Positions 18,937 through 29,246 are shown, counted from the stretch's first letter. The stretch: DNA of 64,000 nt from Abditibacterium sp. (GCA_965246885.1 OZ251992.1:1920001-1984000); one strand, 5' to 3'. Numbers and translations: made by a program. Notes: generated from the letters alone by a model not told the origin.

Positions 18937-19437
18937 ATGGCCGAATCAACCACTTCCCCCGCGAAGAAAAGCAGCGCCGCCCAAACGATGCGCCGCGTGC
19001 AGCAACTGCACCTGATATTGGGCACCCTCTTCGCGCCGCTCATTCTCTTCTTCTCGCTGTCGGGCGCGCTGCAAACGCTCGGCTTGCACGAGCAAGAGAA
19101 AGCGGGTGGACACACGCCCGCGTGGATGGCGCAACTGGCGTCTGTTCACAAAAATCAGCAGTTATCGCGCGGCGAGGGACGCCCGCCCAAATCCGAAGGC
19201 GCGAGCGATGCGGCACCGAAGAAGAGTCCGTCCGCCGCCCTCAAGGATGAGGGGAATGGAGCGCGCGGCCCGTCGCCTTGGCCGCTCAAGTGGTTCGTGG
19301 TGCTGATGTCGATGGGCCTTGCCTTCACGACCGAATTGGGCGTATGGATGGCGTTCAAATACTCGAAGAACAAAGCGATGGTGTGGGCACTGTTGGCAGT
19401 CGGAACGCTATTGCCCCTCGTGCTCTTGTGGTTGTAG
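18937..19437 (+). CDS. PepSY-associated TM helix-like membrane protein
   Basis: LHLILGTLFAPLILFFSLSG helix, second conserved His (SVHK), two C-terminal TM helices. Confidence 0.55.
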   Translation: MAESTTSPAKKSSAAQTMRRVQQLHLILGTLFAPLILFFSLSGALQTLGLHEQEKAGGHTPAWMAQLASVHKNQQLSRGEGRPPKSEGASDAAPKKSPSAALKDEGNGARGPSPWPLKWFVVLMSMGLAFTTELGVWMAFKYSKNKAMVWALLAVGTLLPLVLLWL

Positions 19438-20751
19438 CGGGAAGGTGACCATCGCGCGCACGCTGTTCTCTATGGGAGTAAGCGCGACCGTCCACCCGTT
19501 CGTCGCGCAAATGGAGCGGCAGATCGCCAAGCCCAAGCCGTTGCCGCCAGTCGAGGAAACGCGCGCGAAGTCGGGTCGAAAGAATGGCTCGAACCACTCG
19601 TGCGGCACGGCGCCCTCTGGCAAATCGCAGTCGTTGTCTATCTGTAAAAGGGCTTCGGTGCGCGTCGAACCCAGTTCGACGCGCACGAGGGTGCCGGGTG
19701 TCGCGTATTTAGCGGCGTTCTCGATGAGGTTGCGCAGTAGCATTTCCACGTGCGCAGGCGGCGCATCGAGAGGGGTGTCGGACAGGGAACATTGAAGCGC
19801 AAGGCCCCGCGCCACAAAGGTGCCGCGCGCCCCATCGAGGGCGCGCTCGACCCAATGGGCAAGGTCGAGCGATTCATTGAGGGGCCGACTTTGGCGCATT
19901 TCCAAGGCGTTGAGTTGCAAGAGGTCGCGCACCAGCCCCGCGAGCCGCTCCGTTCCGACTTGGATGTGGGCGAGGGCTTGCTCGTGCTCCGCGATGGTTC
20001 GGGCGCGCGAGCGCGCCACGTCTATTTCGCCGAGCAGTATCTGAATGGGCGTGCGCAGTTCGTGCGAAGCCGCCGCATAAAAGCGCCCGCGCGCCGCCGC
20101 TTCGCGCTCCAAGCGGCCCAACAGGTCGTTGAGCGTGCCGGTCAAATGGCACATTTCGGCATCGCTCGAAGGCGATTGTAAACGCACTGGCGCGGTGTCG
20201 GTCGAGGCGTTCTGCGCTTGGGCTTGCGCCGCCAGTTTGTGAAGCGGGGAGAGCGTTTGGCCGACGACGAACCACGCGAGGAGCGCCGTCGCACCCACCA
20301 CGAGCGCGCCCAATTCCCACAACGCCCGCGCCCGCTCCCGCAGTTCGGCTTCAATGGGCGCCCATTCTCGCGCCACTACGAGCGTTTGCCTTCCGCTGGA
20401 AAGCGTGGCGGTGCTCCATTCGTCATCGCGGTCGGGCCAATCGGGAGCGTCGCGGCTCGATTGCCACAAGACACGGTTCTTCGCGTCCACGACCAACAGC
20501 GCTACACCCCCAACGGCCAGTTCCCCTTGGACAGCGCGGATGACGGCAACGAGCGGGCGGTGGAAGTGCGCTTCTTCGGCCACCTCGTCACGGGCGCGAC
20601 CGAGGGAGGTTTGCAGCGACTCCGCTACCCGCGCGAGGGCGCGTTGTCGCTCCTTTTGTTGAATGGCGCCTTCGCCCACGAGCAGGAGGAGCGCCACCAA
20701 CCCCGCGAAGAGAAGAGTCATGCGCGCGCGCATCGAGCGAAGGCCAGTCAC
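19408..20751 (-). CDS. Sensor histidine kinase (HAMP-HisKA-HATPase)
   Basis: ASHELRTP, NLIENAAKY, FEPFFR, GGNGLGLAI; start GTG 20751 or ATG 20733. Confidence 0.9.
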   Translation of the reverse strand: MTGLRSMRARMTLLFAGLVALLLLVGEGAIQQKERQRALARVAESLQTSLGRARDEVAEEAHFHRPLVAVIRAVQGELAVGGVALLVVDAKNRVLWQSSRDAPDWPDRDDEWSTATLSSGRQTLVVAREWAPIEAELRERARALWELGALVVGATALLAWFVVGQTLSPLHKLAAQAQAQNASTDTAPVRLQSPSSDAEMCHLTGTLNDLLGRLEREAAARGRFYAAASHELRTPIQILLGEIDVARSRARTIAEHEQALAHIQVGTERLAGLVRDLLQLNALEMRQSRPLNESLDLAHWVERALDGARGTFVARGLALQCSLSDTPLDAPPAHVEMLLRNLIENAAKYATPGTLVRVELGSTRTEALLQIDNDCDLPEGAVPHEWFEPFFRPDFARVSSTGGNGLGLAICRSICATNGWTVALTPIENSVRAMVTFPLQPQEHEGQ

Positions 20752-21416
20752 TAATCCAGCCCCAAACGGTAGCCGACGCCGCGCGCGGTGTGAATAAGCG
20801 GCGAACGGCCCCGGTCTATTTTGGCGCGCAGATAGCCGATGTAGCAGTCGAGGACGTTGTCGTGCCCCGCGAAGTCGTACTGCCACACATGGTCTAAAAT
20901 GACGGCGCGCGCCATCGTTTGCCCCGCGTGCCGCATCAGATATTCGAGCAAGGAGTATTCTGTCGCCGACAGTTCGATGTTCTTCTCGCCGCGCCGCGCG
21001 CGCCGCGTGCCGGGATCGAGCGTGAGGTCGCCGACGGACAAGCACGTCGAGCCGGAGTGCCCGCGCCGCAGGAGCGCCCGCATCCGCGCCAGAATTTCGG
21101 CGACGCGAAATGGCTTGCACACGAAATCATCGGCGCCCGCGTCCAGCCCCTCGATCTTATCTTCAAGGGTGTCGCGCGCCGTGATAAGCAGAACGAGCGA
21201 GCGCACGCTCGCTTCGCGCAAGCGGCGGCAGACCTCGAAGCCGTTCATGCCGGGGAGCATCACGTCGAGCAGAATAAGGTCGAAGGGAGTTGCGCGCGCC
21301 AAGTGCAACGCGCGCAAGCCATCCGCCTCGACGCGCGGCGCATAGCCCGCCTCGCGGCATGCTTGTTCCAGAAAGCGCGACACGCCCGCTTCGTCTTCGA
21401 CGATCAAAACATTCAT
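20751..21416 (-). CDS. OmpR family response regulator
   Basis: LIVEDE, LLDVMLP, GADDFVCKPF, winged helix ending HTARGVGY. Confidence 0.93.
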   Translation of the reverse strand: MNVLIVEDEAGVSRFLEQACREAGYAPRVEADGLRALHLARATPFDLILLDVMLPGMNGFEVCRRLREASVRSLVLLITARDTLEDKIEGLDAGADDFVCKPFRVAEILARMRALLRRGHSGSTCLSVGDLTLDPGTRRARRGEKNIELSATEYSLLEYLMRHAGQTMARAVILDHVWQYDFAGHDNVLDCYIGYLRAKIDRGRSPLIHTARGVGYRLGLD

Positions 21417-21447
21417 GCCCAAAGTTTCCCCTCTTGCGCGCGGCGGG

Positions 21448-21810
21448 TCAGTTCTTTTTAGTGGTTGCGCGGTGGGTGTTCTTGGCACCAGCGGCGGCTT
21501 CCTGCTTTTTCTCGATGCCCTCTTTGGCAGCGCTGGTAGCTTCGATGTCCGCGATTTTGCCGGTGTAAGCGTCCACCATGACTTCGCGTAGCGTGCGGCC
21601 CGAACGCACCATCACGCCGTATTGCCATTTGCCTTCCTCGTTTTCCAAGGTAGTGCGGGCGACGAGTTTGCCGGGAAAGCGCTGAAGAACGACCGCGTTG
21701 GCGCGGGCAACGCCCACTTTAGCATGCGGCGCGGCGTGCGCGGCGGACAAAGCGACTCCTGCAACAGTTATAGCCGCCAATAGGCGGGCGAGTGTGGTTG
21801 ATGTTTTCAT
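21448..21810 (-). CDS. Secreted PepSY domain protein
   Basis: Signal peptide, LENEEGKWQYGV...EVMVDAYTGKI. Confidence 0.8.
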   Translation of the reverse strand: MKTSTTLARLLAAITVAGVALSAAHAAPHAKVGVARANAVVLQRFPGKLVARTTLENEEGKWQYGVMVRSGRTLREVMVDAYTGKIADIEATSAAKEGIEKKQEAAAGAKNTHRATTKKN

Positions 21811-21867
21811 GGTTATGTCGGTAAGGGCAAGTGTGCCCTTTCCCGCACCCCAGTTAACGCCGCGCCC

Positions 21868-21885
21868 TTGTGAGTACCCTGAGAG
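21868..21885 (-). promoter_or_regulatory. Possible OmpR-type tandem direct-repeat box for the PepSY-RR-HK operon
   Basis: Minus strand CTCTCAG-GGTA-CTCACAA (11-bp period) upstream of a TTAACT hexamer. Confidence 0.3.
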
Positions 21886-21921
21886 TCGTGATAGAAGTTT
21901 CTCAGAGAGATTGTTGCCCAC

Positions 21922-22881
21922 TCAATGTCCATGCCCGCAATTGTTCCCAGCGTGCGAGTGGGTGGTGAGGGCGCAAAAGAGGGCGACTTCTTCTCCCGAT
22001 GGGCACAAACCCTCGACGTCGGTTTGGATGGTGGCGTGGCCGATGCCGTGCTCGTTGTGGAGCAGGGTGGCAAGGGCGCTCACGATGGCGGCGCACTGTT
22101 CGAGCGTGAAGTCGGGGGGCAAGGCGACGTGGCACGACAGGAAGTTGAGGCCATCGCCTACCGTCCAGATATGCAGGTCGTGGACGCCGCGCACGCAGGG
22201 AATAGCTTGCATCGCGGCGACGAGGACGGGCACGTCCACGTTCTTGGGCGTGCTTTCCATGAGGATGTCCGTCGCGTCGCAGACAATTCCCCACGCCGTG
22301 TAGAGGATGAACGCTGCTATAAGCAGCGACACGAGCGGGTCGGCATACACCCAGCCGGTGAAATGCACGACGAGGCCCGCGACGACGACGGCAGCACTGG
22401 AAAGGGCGTCGCCCAGCATATGCACGAACGCCGCGCGCGAGTTGAGACTGTTTTTGGCGTCGCCGGACAGAGCGGCGGCAATGACGGTGTTCATCACGAC
22501 GGCAACGAGCGCTACCCCAATCATCAGGCTTCCGCTTACCGCTTCGGGATGAAGCCAGTGGGCGATGGCTTCGATGCCAATCCACGCGGACAGCGCAACT
22601 AAAGAGACTGCGTTAAACAGCGCCGTCAAGATGGCGACGCGGTGATAGCCGAAGGTGCGCGACCCCGTCGCCGGGCGCGCCGCGACCCCAATGGCGTAGG
22701 CCGCCAAGCCGAGCGCAAGGGCATCGGAGAGATTGTGTCCGGCGTCCGACAAGAGGGCGAGGGAGTGGGACACAACACCTGCAACCGCTTCGACGACGAC
22801 AAAAGCGAGGGTGACGCCGAGCGAAACCCACATCTTGCGCCCGCTCGTCGGGCCGTGAACGTGTCCTGCGTGACTTGACAT
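21922..22881 (-). CDS. czcD: Cation diffusion facilitator (Zn/Co/Cd efflux, CzcD/ZitB-like)
   Basis: SLALLSDAGHNLSD, TFGYHR, HMLGD, HDLHIW, HATIQ; His-rich termini. Confidence 0.9.
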   Translation of the reverse strand: MSSHAGHVHGPTSGRKMWVSLGVTLAFVVVEAVAGVVSHSLALLSDAGHNLSDALALGLAAYAIGVAARPATGSRTFGYHRVAILTALFNAVSLVALSAWIGIEAIAHWLHPEAVSGSLMIGVALVAVVMNTVIAAALSGDAKNSLNSRAAFVHMLGDALSSAAVVVAGLVVHFTGWVYADPLVSLLIAAFILYTAWGIVCDATDILMESTPKNVDVPVLVAAMQAIPCVRGVHDLHIWTVGDGLNFLSCHVALPPDFTLEQCAAIVSALATLLHNEHGIGHATIQTDVEGLCPSGEEVALFCALTTHSHAGNNCGHGH

Positions 22882-23169
22882 TTTAAATTATTCCGATTTA
22901 ATGCCTGCGCGCGTCGCAACACCCGCGCGAGCCGGTTGTCTCTTTTCCCGTCAAGAGAAAAAGCATACAGACGAACCGCCCTTTGCTGTGCCACCGAAAA
23001 GTGTGCAGGGTATCTTCTGCGTGGAAGCGGTTCTCATCAACGGGCCGTAGAGGGGCGCAAGAGATTTGGCACAATCGGGAGGTTTCGCACAGGTTTTGCT
23101 CTACTCCTTGACGAGCGCGGCGGGGCAATGACAAGCTCCCCGTGCAGCAGGATATTTATCGCCAACGTT

Positions 23170-23928
23170 ATGTCTTTCTTCAACAAGCGCAGCAAAACGC
23201 TGCTCGGTGCCGGAGCGCTCGCTGTACTCGCGCTTTCCGTGGGCACCGCGCGCTACGCCAAAGGCTCCGACCATGCCGGAACCGTCGTCACCGCGCAAAC
23301 CCGCCCCGGAACGGACTTGTCCGATCTCCACATCTTCCCCAGCCCCACCAATCCCAACAACGTCGTTTTGGCGATGAGCGTCCACCCGCTCATTCCCGCC
23401 GGAACCGCTTCGGGCGCCGTGAGCTTCGACCCCGGCGTTTTGTATCAATTTAAGATAGACAACACCGGTGACAACATCGAAGACCTCGTCATCCAAGCGC
23501 GCTTCACGGGTTCGGGTGCGAGCCAACGGGTCTACATCGCTGGGCCAGTCAAGCCAACACGCACAGGAGTTATTACCCAAGCCGAGACGCCTTACGGGAC
23601 GACTGGCACCTTCGGCCAAGTGTTCTCACCAACCGCGAACGTTAAAGTTTTCGCCGGTATGCGCTCCGACCCGTTCTTCATTGACCTGTCGCAACTCTTC
23701 GCCATCTTGCCCGACCGCGCCGACCCGCTCAACGCGACTCCCAAGACCGACCCGGCCAAAGCGAATACCCCCCAAGTTCTGTCCTTTCGCCCACCGGGTC
23801 AAGCGCAGGACTTCCTCGCCAACTATAACGTCCTCGCAATCGTCGTCGAACTGCCCAAGTCGCAGCTAATCAGCGCTGGCACCGGCAAAATTCGCGTTTG
23901 GGAGACGACCAGCATCGCCAACAGCTAA
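23170..23928 (+). CDS. DUF4331 family secreted protein (N-terminal half of domain)
   Basis: Signal peptide then SDH; DLSDLHIFPSP, YQFKIDN, FAGMRSDPFFIDL, NVLAIVVELP. Confidence 0.75.
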   Translation: MSFFNKRSKTLLGAGALAVLALSVGTARYAKGSDHAGTVVTAQTRPGTDLSDLHIFPSPTNPNNVVLAMSVHPLIPAGTASGAVSFDPGVLYQFKIDNTGDNIEDLVIQARFTGSGASQRVYIAGPVKPTRTGVITQAETPYGTTGTFGQVFSPTANVKVFAGMRSDPFFIDLSQLFAILPDRADPLNATPKTDPAKANTPQVLSFRPPGQAQDFLANYNVLAIVVELPKSQLISAGTGKIRVWETTSIANS

Positions 23929-23948
23929 AAGCGACGCCAACACACATT

Positions 23949-24524
23949 ATGAAAAACCTTCTTGTTTTAAGCGCCGCTTGCGGAGCCTTGGCCGTTGCCC
24001 TCGCTGGTTGCGGTGGAGGTGGCAACAGCCCGATCATCAGTAGCCAAACATTTACCCAAACCGACCGCTTGGCGCGGCCCGTCGTCAACGAGGTCTTCGC
24101 CACGTTTGCTAATGGGCGTCATGACGTCAACGACAAAGACAACCCCACCGACGACTCTGGGCAACTCGCCAACGACATTCAAGGCTTCATGACCAGTCCG
24201 GCGGGCCGCTCGCCAGAAACGACCGCTGCGGTTAAATCTGTCCTTGTCCCCGACGTGATGATCGCCGATCTGTCGGTCAATAGTACCACTGCGGCTTATC
24301 TTGGCTCGGAGACTGGTGGTGTGACGGGTAGCAAATTTGGGGGCCGCGCGCTCACCGATGACGTGGTGGACACCTCTCTCGGCGTCATCTTCGGCCCGAC
24401 TATTTCCAAGTTGGGCTTGGCTCCCGACGACAAAAAAGAAATTCCCAACCTCACCACCGACAACGTCGGCCCCGGCGCCAAGAACTTCCAAACCAGCTTC
24501 CCCTACTTGGGCACGCCCAAATAA
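23949..24524 (+). CDS. DUF4331 family lipoprotein (C-terminal half of domain)
   Basis: Lipobox LAGC; QTDRLARPVVNE, GRALTDDVVD, DNV, FPYLGTP. Confidence 0.75.
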   Translation: MKNLLVLSAACGALAVALAGCGGGGNSPIISSQTFTQTDRLARPVVNEVFATFANGRHDVNDKDNPTDDSGQLANDIQGFMTSPAGRSPETTAAVKSVLVPDVMIADLSVNSTTAAYLGSETGGVTGSKFGGRALTDDVVDTSLGVIFGPTISKLGLAPDDKKEIPNLTTDNVGPGAKNFQTSFPYLGTPK

Positions 24525-24556
24525 ACTCCTGCGACTTGAGGTCAAGTCGCAGGAGT
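24525..24556. repeat. Perfect 15-bp-arm hairpin, REP-like
   Basis: ACTCCTGCGACTTGA-GG-TCAAGTCGCAGGAGT. Confidence 0.7.
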
Positions 24557-24558
24557 AC

Positions 24559-24601
24559 AACGGGCGCGGGTGGAGTTTTTCCACCACCCGCGCCCGTTTT
24601 T
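24559..24601 (+). terminator. Intra-operon terminator-like hairpin
   Basis: AACGGGCGCGGGTGG...CCACCCGCGCCCGTT followed by TTT. Confidence 0.65.
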
Positions 24602-24608
24602 CGTTGTC

Positions 24609-25997
24609 ATGAACTCGCGCCGTTTCTTTCCCATTCTCGCCGCCGCCTGCACCCTTGGGGGCGCGCTTGTGTGGGCCAAAGTTTCCGGTTCGTCGCTTCT
24701 GCTTCCGCCGCCACCCGCGCTCTCGACGGCCCGCGTCCGCGCCCCTTATGACCCCAGCGCCGTTCACAAGCTCCTCGAATTCGACGCGAAACAAGCCCGC
24801 TCCGACCCCGGCAACGCCATCTTTGGGGCGAATCTGGCCGCCCAATACCTCGAAAGCTACCGCGAAACGGGCGATGCCGCCGACGCTACTCGCGCCGAAG
24901 CCGCCGCGCGCGCCTCGCTCAAAATCCGCACGCACGGCAACAGCGCCGCCTTCTTCGTGCTCGCCCGCGCCCTCTTGACGCAGCACCGCTTCGCCGAAGC
25001 CCTCGTTGCCGCGCGCCGCGCGTCGTTGGGCGATCCGGTTGGACTGCGCCAGTGCGCCGACATCGAAATCGAACTGGGCGACTACGCCGCCGCCGCGCGC
25101 GACATCAACGCCTCGCAAAAGCTGGTCGAAGCCAGCGCGCACGAAGTCGCCCTCGCGCGTGGCGACGCGCGCTCCGCCAAGCCCGACGAAGACCCCGCCG
25201 TTCTGACGCTCGTCGCGCGACTCCGGGAGTTGCACGGCGACACTAAGGGGCAACTTACGCTTCTAACCCGCGCCGCCCAACTCGCGGACGCCGATGCCGA
25301 CTTGCCCGCCGCGACCGTCGCGTGGTTTCATGAGCGATTGGGGCGTTGCCTGTTCATGACGGGCCGCTTGGACGAAGCCCGCGTCCAGTATCGCGCCGGT
25401 CTCTCCGTCTTCCCGCGCGACTACCGCACGCTCGCCGCCCTCGCCCATCTTTGCGCCGCGCGCGGCGATTGGAAGGGCGCGCTCGATTGGGGACAAAAAG
25501 CCGCCAACATCGTGCCCGCTCCCGAAACCCTCGCCCTACTTGGCGATGCTCATGCCGCGCTTGGCCAAAGCGCGCAAGCGGCGGCGCAGTACAAACTCGT
25601 TGAGCAAATCGGTGCCCTCGGCCAAGCGCAGGGCATTCTCTACGACCGCCAGCGCGCGCTCTACTACGCCGATCACGACCGCAACCCCGCTCAGGCCGTC
25701 GCCTTGGCACGCGGCGAGTTGCGAGTGCGGCACGATATCTATGCCGATGACGCGCTCGCGTGGACGCTTTGCAAAGCCGGGCGCGCTGGGGAAGCCGCAC
25801 CTTTCGCTGCACGCGCCTTGAGGTTTGGAACGCGCGATGCTTCCCTGTTCTTCCACGCCGGAATGATTGCCGCCGCTCTGGGCGACAAGGCGCACGCCCG
25901 TCTAAACTTGACCTGCGCCCTCCAAGTCAACCCCTTTTTCCACCCGACGCAACCCGCGACGGCGCGCGCCGCGTTAGCGCATTTGGCGGCGTCTTGA
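24609..25997 (+). CDS. Exported tetratricopeptide repeat protein
   Basis: N-terminal hydrophobic segment, Ala-rich TPR helices, DIYADDALAW, FFHAGMI. Confidence 0.75.
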   Translation: MNSRRFFPILAAACTLGGALVWAKVSGSSLLLPPPPALSTARVRAPYDPSAVHKLLEFDAKQARSDPGNAIFGANLAAQYLESYRETGDAADATRAEAAARASLKIRTHGNSAAFFVLARALLTQHRFAEALVAARRASLGDPVGLRQCADIEIELGDYAAAARDINASQKLVEASAHEVALARGDARSAKPDEDPAVLTLVARLRELHGDTKGQLTLLTRAAQLADADADLPAATVAWFHERLGRCLFMTGRLDEARVQYRAGLSVFPRDYRTLAALAHLCAARGDWKGALDWGQKAANIVPAPETLALLGDAHAALGQSAQAAAQYKLVEQIGALGQAQGILYDRQRALYYADHDRNPAQAVALARGELRVRHDIYADDALAWTLCKAGRAGEAAPFAARALRFGTRDASLFFHAGMIAAALGDKAHARLNLTCALQVNPFFHPTQPATARAALAHLAAS

Positions 25998-26000
25998 CCC

Positions 26001-27470
26001 ATGAATTCGCTTCGCTTCTGGTGCTTTGTTTGGTTCGCAGGGGTGTGGGGAACGCTTGCCCGACCTGCGAGCGCGCACCCGATGGGCAACTTTTCCATCA
26101 ACCACTACGCGCGCTTTGGCGTCGGCGTCAGGGAAATCAAGCTCCGCTATATCCTCGATTTCGCCGAAATTCCCGCCGCCGAGCGCATGACCCGCCTCGA
26201 TGCCAACGGCGATGGGCGGGCGAGCGACGCGGAAAAAGCGGCGTTTTTAAAAACCGAAGCGCCCACCTTCTTGGGTGGGCTGAGCCTAAAAGTAAACGGG
26301 CAGGCCCTCGCCCTCGCGCTGCTCTCGTCCGATCTCGAAGTGCGTCCGGGCGCCGGTGGTTTGCCGACGTTGCGGGTTTGGATGGATGCGCGGGCGCCGC
26401 TTCCCTCTGCCTCAACGCTTCGCGTTGAGTATAATGACGCCAATTTCGAGGGGCGCACTGGCTGGATGGAGATTCTCGCCCTGCCCGAAAAGGGTTGTGC
26501 CGTGCGCGACTCGGACGCCGGCAGCGTTGACCGCAGTCGCGGCCTGACTGTCTTCCCGCTCGATGCGGGAACTGTTGCGCCCCGCCAAAGCAGTGCAGCT
26601 TTCACCGTTGTTCCTTCGGACGCGGCATCCGCTTCGGCGAGCGCCGCTCCTCCGCCGAGCGCCCCCACGAGCAACGATAACACCCCGCAAAACCGCTTCA
26701 CGCAAAGCATCGCTGAAGGTGAACTCACCCCGGCTTTGGTGGCGTGGGGCGTTCTGTTTGCGCTTGGGTTCGGCGCTGTCCATGCTCTCTCGCCGGGACA
26801 CGGCAAAACGATGGTTGCGGCGTATCTTGTCGGCACGCGCGGCACGCCGCGCCATGCGGTTTTGCTCGGTTTGGTCGTAACCATCACCCATACCCTCGGC
26901 GTCTTCGCGCTTGGGTTCGCGCTGTTGTTCGCGTCGCGCTCCATTCTGCCCGAAAAGCTCTTCCCCGCCTTGAGCGCCCTCAGTGGCATGCTGATTTTCG
27001 GCGTCGGTCTGTGGCTGTTCCTGTCGCGCTGGCAAGCGCTCACCGCGCCGGGGCACACCCACTCCCACGACGATCATACCCACGAAAATGGCGGACATAC
27101 CCACTCGCACGGCGGGCACATCCACTCCCACGCTGTCCCCGAAGGGCCACTGACGATGCGCAGCCTCGTGGCGTTGGGGATTTCAGGCGGCATCGTGCCG
27201 TGCCCCGAAGCCTTGGTCGTCCTGCTGGCCGCCGTGAAGCTGCACCGCATCGGCTATGGCATGGTGCTTATCTCCGCTTTTAGTTTGGGACTCGCGGCGG
27301 CGCTGGTGGCCATTGGACTACTTGTGGTGTCAGCGCGCGGGCGGTTGAGTCGCGTACGCGGCTTGGACGAGAACTCCGCCCTCGTGCGCTGGTTGCCCGT
27401 TGGGAGCGCCGCCATCATCACCCTCATTGGCGCCATCCTCACTCTCCGCGCTTCGATGGGCGCCTTTTAG
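26001..27470 (+). CDS. RcnA/NicO-like nickel/cobalt permease with N-terminal exported domain
   Basis: AHPMGNFSINHY, EF-hand-like DANGDG, HALSPGHGK, THT, His-rich loop, GGIVPCP. Confidence 0.85.
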   Translation: MNSLRFWCFVWFAGVWGTLARPASAHPMGNFSINHYARFGVGVREIKLRYILDFAEIPAAERMTRLDANGDGRASDAEKAAFLKTEAPTFLGGLSLKVNGQALALALLSSDLEVRPGAGGLPTLRVWMDARAPLPSASTLRVEYNDANFEGRTGWMEILALPEKGCAVRDSDAGSVDRSRGLTVFPLDAGTVAPRQSSAAFTVVPSDAASASASAAPPPSAPTSNDNTPQNRFTQSIAEGELTPALVAWGVLFALGFGAVHALSPGHGKTMVAAYLVGTRGTPRHAVLLGLVVTITHTLGVFALGFALLFASRSILPEKLFPALSALSGMLIFGVGLWLFLSRWQALTAPGHTHSHDDHTHENGGHTHSHGGHIHSHAVPEGPLTMRSLVALGISGGIVPCPEALVVLLAAVKLHRIGYGMVLISAFSLGLAAALVAIGLLVVSARGRLSRVRGLDENSALVRWLPVGSAAIITLIGAILTLRASMGAF

Positions 27471-27533
27471 AACAACAGCGTTGAGAAGAGGCTTAGTGGC
27501 CTCTCCCTTTCTCGCGCGTCCTTGGAGTCGCTC

Positions 27534-28274
27534 ATGAACCCCACCTTTCTCCTGCTGCTGCTCGGCGCGCTTGGTTTCGGCGTTGCCCACGCTTTTGAAC
27601 CCGACCATATGGCGGCGGTTTCCACCTTTGTCGCGGGGCGTCCCAAGCCGCGCGAAGCCGCGCTGTTTGGCGTGCGCTGGGCAATTGGACACGGGTTTTC
27701 GTTGTTCCTTATCGGATCACTCCTCTTTTTGTTCCGGCGCGCGGCGGAAAAAGCGCAACCCGCGCTGTTCGCGTCGGGCGTCTTAGACCGCTTCGTCGGA
27801 TTGGTGTTGGTGGGGTTGGGAGTGTGGACGCTGTGGCAAGTCGCTTCGAGCCGCGCCACTAAAGCGCACGCACACGGCCACTTTCATGATGGGCGCTTGC
27901 ACGCGCACGGCGACCACTCGCACGGCCCTGATGGGCACACCCACTCGCATCAGGGCGGCTTGGCTTCGCTGGGCATGGGCATCTTGCACGGCGCGGCAGG
28001 AACGGGCGCTTTCGTGGGTCAGTCCGTTGTTTCCCTATCGAGTTCTTACGCTTTCGTGTTCTTCTACACGCTGCTGTTTTCGGTCGGTGTGCTCTTGTCT
28101 ATGGCGGTGTATGCGGGCGCGCTCGGCGGCCTCATCACGACGTTTGAAAAGCGCGGTCAGCAGGCGCTCACCGCCGCGCGTGTGGTAACGGCGGTGCTGA
28201 CCTGCGCCATCGGCGCGTGCCTTGTGTCGGGCGTCGAACTTCCCGGCTTGCTCGATCACTTCGTTCATCAGTAA
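27534..28274 (+). CDS. NicO/UreH-like His-rich nickel permease
   Basis: HAFEPDH, WAIGH, HAHGHFH..HAHGDHSH..HTHSH, GILHGAAG. Confidence 0.8.
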   Translation: MNPTFLLLLLGALGFGVAHAFEPDHMAAVSTFVAGRPKPREAALFGVRWAIGHGFSLFLIGSLLFLFRRAAEKAQPALFASGVLDRFVGLVLVGLGVWTLWQVASSRATKAHAHGHFHDGRLHAHGDHSHGPDGHTHSHQGGLASLGMGILHGAAGTGAFVGQSVVSLSSSYAFVFFYTLLFSVGVLLSMAVYAGALGGLITTFEKRGQQALTAARVVTAVLTCAIGACLVSGVELPGLLDHFVHQ

Positions 28275-28325
28275 ACTATGCCCATACCGAACAACAGCCC
28301 CCTACTTCGTAGGGGGCTGTTGGTG

Positions 28326-29240
28326 TTACTGCGGCGAATCGGGCAGTGGGCCGCGCACAACGTGGTCGGGGTATTGGTCGGCGCGTGCCGCGCTCCACCG
28401 AAGCCACTTGACGTGTCCGTCGAAATACAGGTAGTTCGAGCCGCCCATGTGCCTATCCCACTTAATCCAGCCCGTTTGGTGCGCCGCGTCGGTTCCCACA
28501 AGCGAGCCTTCACCCGGCCATGTGTCGTAGTCATCTTGAGCGACGGAGTCATTGGGCGGTGCATTGAAGGGCGTGGCCGGGTTGCTGAATGCTTCCGAGT
28601 TGCGTTCGGAGAACATAATGATGCGCGCGTCGGGGAAGCCCGCGACGGCAGCATCGGTGGCGAAGCCATGCAAAGGCGTGTTCTCCATCGCGTAGCGGCA
28701 TGACTTGTGGGTGAAAATCGAGTTCAGCAGGTAAGATTCGATGGTCAGCCTGTTGGTTTTTGCGAGCGCCTGTTCGCTGTTGGGCGGCAACGTGTCTGTT
28801 GTGGATTGAATGGCGCCGTTGTAGTCGAGGATATTGGTCGCCGCGTTTGCCGAACGCGGTGTTGGATCGGACGGACAGTACCCGATTTGGCGGCTTTTGA
28901 GATACGGCTGGAAAAAGATAATCCAAGGCTTCTCGGCCTGACTATTTCCCGCGCCCCCCCCCGTGCACGTATCATCGGCAGTGGCGGGCGGAGGAGGCAA
29001 AGTGGGAATTTGGGTGCCATCGTCGAGAACCCAGCCCTCGTGGTGGTGGAACAGTTGGCCATCGTTGTCTTGCAAATACTGGGCGGCGGCCAAGCCCAGT
29101 TGTTTCATGTTGCTCATGCAGGAAGCTTTGCGCGCATTTTCGCGCGCGCGGGCAAAAGCGGGGAACAAAATCGCGGCAAGAATGGCGATGATGGCGATAA
29201 CTACCAATAATTCCAGCAAAGTGAAAGCGTGTTTGCGCAT
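28326..29240 (-). CDS. Prepilin-type N-terminal cleavage/methylation protein, DUF1559 with H-X9-DG motif
   Basis: [50 protein letters not shown]; internal HHH. Confidence 0.92.
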   Translation of the reverse strand: MRKHAFTLLELLVVIAIIAILAAILFPAFARARENARKASCMSNMKQLGLAAAQYLQDNDGQLFHHHEGWVLDDGTQIPTLPPPPATADDTCTGGGAGNSQAEKPWIIFFQPYLKSRQIGYCPSDPTPRSANAATNILDYNGAIQSTTDTLPPNSEQALAKTNRLTIESYLLNSIFTHKSCRYAMENTPLHGFATDAAVAGFPDARIIMFSERNSEAFSNPATPFNAPPNDSVAQDDYDTWPGEGSLVGTDAAHQTGWIKWDRHMGGSNYLYFDGHVKWLRWSAARADQYPDHVVRGPLPDSPQ

Positions 29241-29246
29241 GGTGTC

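Noticed and set aside
23066..23082. TTGGCAC sigma-54 -24 element
   Set aside because: No GC at the required 10-nt spacing
22882..23169. NiCo (czcD) riboswitch upstream of the CDF gene
   Set aside because: Some stems exist but I could not find the conserved NiCo junction sequences; needs an Rfam scan
23967..25253. Long antisense ORFs (this one and others such as 58644-59756, 17108-18421)
   Set aside because: Shadow frames of GC-rich genes with recognisable products on the other strand
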